DNA from: Selaginella moellendorffii
Taxonomy: Eukaryota > Plantae > Lycopodiophyta
Assembly (NCBI RefSeq): GCF_000143415.4
Contig: NW_003314376.1
Coordinates: 342,156 to 406,155 of the forward strand
Reading direction: 5' to 3'
DNA: 64,000 nucleotides
A program made the translations under genes and the position numbers. The notes beneath the pieces were generated by a model. That model did not search any database and was not told the origin of the DNA. It saw only the letters and a list, made by a program, of their open reading frames with translations. This document shows, one piece after another, positions 61,501 to 64,000 of the stretch (the first letter of the stretch is position 1; each line of letters begins with the position of its first letter).

Positions 61501-62135
61501 CCCGGGCCTTCCCACTTGAGAGACTCCAGAGTCATGTGAATAGCCTTCTCTTTAGTTCTCAAAACTGTCCATTGGAAGCACTTATTGACAATGTGTTCAG
61601 GTAGCTCCACTTCTCTTTCAGCTTCAGCTACACTTCCAGTAGCACCATTATCAGATCTAGCCCCCGGCTCAGGCCCAACACCCCTGTCAAGCACACTTGG
61701 GCACTGCTCTGTAATGTAGCTAATTTCTACCATATTTTGTGAATATGAAAAGAGTAGTGGCATTTGTGGTTGTGGATGCAATGGTAGTGACACTGCTGGT
61801 GGTGATGATGGTGGTGGTGGTGGTGGTAATAATGGCGATGATGGTAGAGGTGGTAATGGTGGTGATAATGGTGGTAATAATGGTGGTGATGAAGGTAGAG
61901 GTGGCAATAGTGGTGGTGGTGGTGGTAATGGTGGTGAAGGTGGTGGTGGTATCGATGGCGGTGGTGGCAAAAATAGGGGTGCATGTGGAGTGGAGATATC
62001 TAGTTGCGAAGACGATAGAGTTGTCGCTGTGGAAATCTCTATCTGAAGGTCAACTTGATTGTCATCCTGAATCTCATCTTCCTCATGTCTTCTCTTTGAT
62101 CCAACATCCTTCTCTTTTTGTAGTTGCTTCTATTT
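58551..62135 (-). pseudogene. Spliced ParB/Srx-like plus beta-class N4/N6 DNA methyltransferase-like fusion gene, pseudogenised
   Basis: GT-AG exons at ~62135-61045, 60995-60794, 60742-60540, 60487-60172, 60079-59589, 59556-59446, 59394-58966 and ~58915-58554. Motifs: FYIIDRNHH*CAW (ParB 'IIDGNHR..A') at 61185-61211; KSTNFMLFDMPDG (motif IV position) ending 59200; LYCPTRGVVIDCTAGSGSMVEAARDSGRSMFAIE (motif I/II) around 58668-58700. Confidence 0.72.
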
Positions 62136-62179
62136 CTGAAAATAAAAAAAACTCATTATAAATTAAAAATGCATAAGAA

Positions 62180-62875
62180 GCAGGGACTTTGGGGCATAGA
62201 CTCGGCACAAGTGCCGGTTTGCCAGCGAACCAACCCTCCCCAAAGCGCCAAGTCCAAGTGCCCGGGCCAGGCACTTGGCACTGGCATTTGGCCCCCCCCC
62301 CCAAGTGCGTTGGCCAGCCCGCCCCCAAGTGCCTTGGCCGGCCTGCCCCCAAGCGCCCACTGCCGAGTGCCCACCCCCAATTGCATTTGCCAGCTCGCAC
62401 CAAATGCCCAATGCGGGCATTTGGCACAAGCATTTGGCCCAACCCCAAGTGCCTTGGCTGGCCCACCCCCAAGCACCTTTGCTGGCTCTGCGCTGAGTGC
62501 CTGGACACTTGGCATGGGCACTTGGCACAGGCGCCGGTTCGCCAGCGTACCAATGGCCTGCCTGGGCGGAGTGCCCGACCAAATGCCCGGCCCGGGCACT
62601 TGGCAGCGGCGCCGGCAGCACTGGGCACAGGGGCGACAGCACTAGGCACGTAGCGGTGGCACTGAGCTGGGCAGCGGTGGTGCTGGTCACGGCAGCGACG
62701 GTGTTGGTCATGGTAGCGATGGTGCTGGGCAGCAGAAGTGCTGGGCACGGCAGTGGCAGTGCTGCGCAGCAGCGGCCCTGGGCAGTGGTGGTGCTGGGCG
62801 TGGCGTGGCATGGGCGTGGCAGCGCTAGGCGCGGCGGCGTTGGGCGTGGCGTGGGAGTGGAGGAGAGGGAGTGAA
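62180..62875. repeat. GC-rich array of GGCACTTGGC/GCCAAGTGCC-type motifs
   Basis: Short motifs occur in both orientations, with ~23-bp tandem units at 62296-62358 and a ~320-bp-period direct repeat (62204-62280 vs 62524-62605). Confidence 0.8.
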
Positions 62876-63566
62876 GGAGTAAAAAACTTACTCTTGGCAG
62901 CATTCTGTTCGATGCTGGTGGATCCCGCAGTCACTCCCAACCTCCCACTCTAGTTTTTGTAAAACCCTAATGCCGGTGCAGCTGCCCTCTAATCCTAACC
63001 TAATGCTTTCATCACAGCCGTTCATCATGGATNNNNNNNNNNNNNNNNNNNNNNNNNNNNNNNNNNNNNNNNNNNNNNNNNNNNNNNNNNNNNNNNNNNN
63101 NNNNNNNNNNNNNNNNNNNNNNNNNNNNNNNNTCATGGATGCAGTAAATCTTCATTACATTCTGCAAATATTTGCTAGCAATGTACAATTTCTATTCCAT
63201 CCTAGATTTGATCACGTGACAATGTCCTTTTGAGTTGTAATTTAATAATGGAGGTGTGCTCTAATATGACTATGCCATAATGTGGAAATAATGTCACAGA
63301 CGCATGTGTTGAATTGATCACAGTACGGAATTATAAATGAGAATTATGTGTTTCTTACAAGTAATAGCATCTTGTTAGAAAATATAAGATTATTAAATCG
63401 TAAGGTGTTATTTCCAAAGCAATGTATATAGATAATTTACTATAGGTGATAGATGGTAGTATAAAGATGGAATATATTTAAATGAATTCAGAAGAATGTG
63501 ATGATTTCTAGCTTTAATGAAATACTGAAAATATGTACAATATTTAATTTGTTTGGCAACAATTGG

Positions 63567-63845
63567 TTGATGGTAGATCCTAGAATAAAATTATTCCTAT
63601 CTTTCATATTATGGCACATGCTTGAGGTGATATTTCTTTCTGTTCTACCAAAAGTTAGTCCATATAATAAATTTGAGCATGTTTTTGAATTCAATGTATA
63701 TAGACTTTTAATATTGTGCAACATAGTCCTATATACTTCATACAGAATTTATTATAAAAACATTATTTGATGTTAGATCCTAGAATAAAATCACCCTTTC
63801 TTTTCACATAATGGCATAGTACATGTTTGAGGTGATATTTCTTTA
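63567..63845. repeat. Direct repeat with ~200-bp period
   Basis: TTGATG.TAGATCCTAGAATAAAAT...ATGGCA..CATG.TTGAGGTGATATTTCTTT at ~63567 and ~63767. Confidence 0.75.
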
Positions 63846-64000
63846 TAAAAGTTCAGAGTTCCAAAACCTAAAACAACAAAATGGAGAGTTTCCTTTTGCA
63901 TTACCAAGATCACCCACTGTTTTCTTTCTCCCAAAGTCTTATTTCAGAAAGTTTTCTTTGCCGACGTTTTGATCTTTCTCTCAGTTCTATTTCATTGGAG

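Noticed and set aside
58551-62135. Bacterial or phage contamination as the source of the MTase
   Set aside because: The gene has spliceosomal GT-AG introns, contains a fragment of the local gypsy family and is contiguous with plant repeats.
62180-62640. CRISPR-like or regular repeat-spacer array
   Set aside because: Units are irregular, occur in both orientations and lack unique spacers, and the context is eukaryotic.
62083-62953. Several 125-285 aa ORFs on both strands
   Set aside because: They arise from the GC-rich repeat array and have no protein-family features.

Overview
Eukaryotic nuclear DNA from a land plant, most likely the lycophyte Selaginella. This is inferred from the ~50-60 nt introns, very tight gene spacing, PLS/DYW-type PPR genes, GC-rich genes beside AT-rich decayed repeats, and CCCTAAA telomere repeats. 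Gene islands at ~2.4-27.7 kb and ~39-47.6 kb hold a His/Pro-rich membrane protein, three PPR genes, a germin-like pseudogene, DUF3067, MRS2-11, two convergent GH17-X8 glucanases, DUF1995, prefoldin 5, a class I TCP factor and an ABCG3-like half transporter. AT-rich islands hold a secreted bulb-lectin fusion gene, two decayed copies of one short-LTR Ty3/gypsy family (each with a nested solo LTR of a second family), LINE relics and MITE-like hairpins. The best candidate for a new system is at ~58.5-63 kb on the minus strand. It is a spliced, pseudogenised gene encoding a Pro-rich N-terminus, a ParB/Srx-like domain and a beta-class N4/N6 DNA amino-methyltransferase-like domain, a phage-type architecture. 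It lies convergent to two paralogous small ORFs, apparently inside a large mobile element. All assignments come from manual motif recognition; no searches were run.
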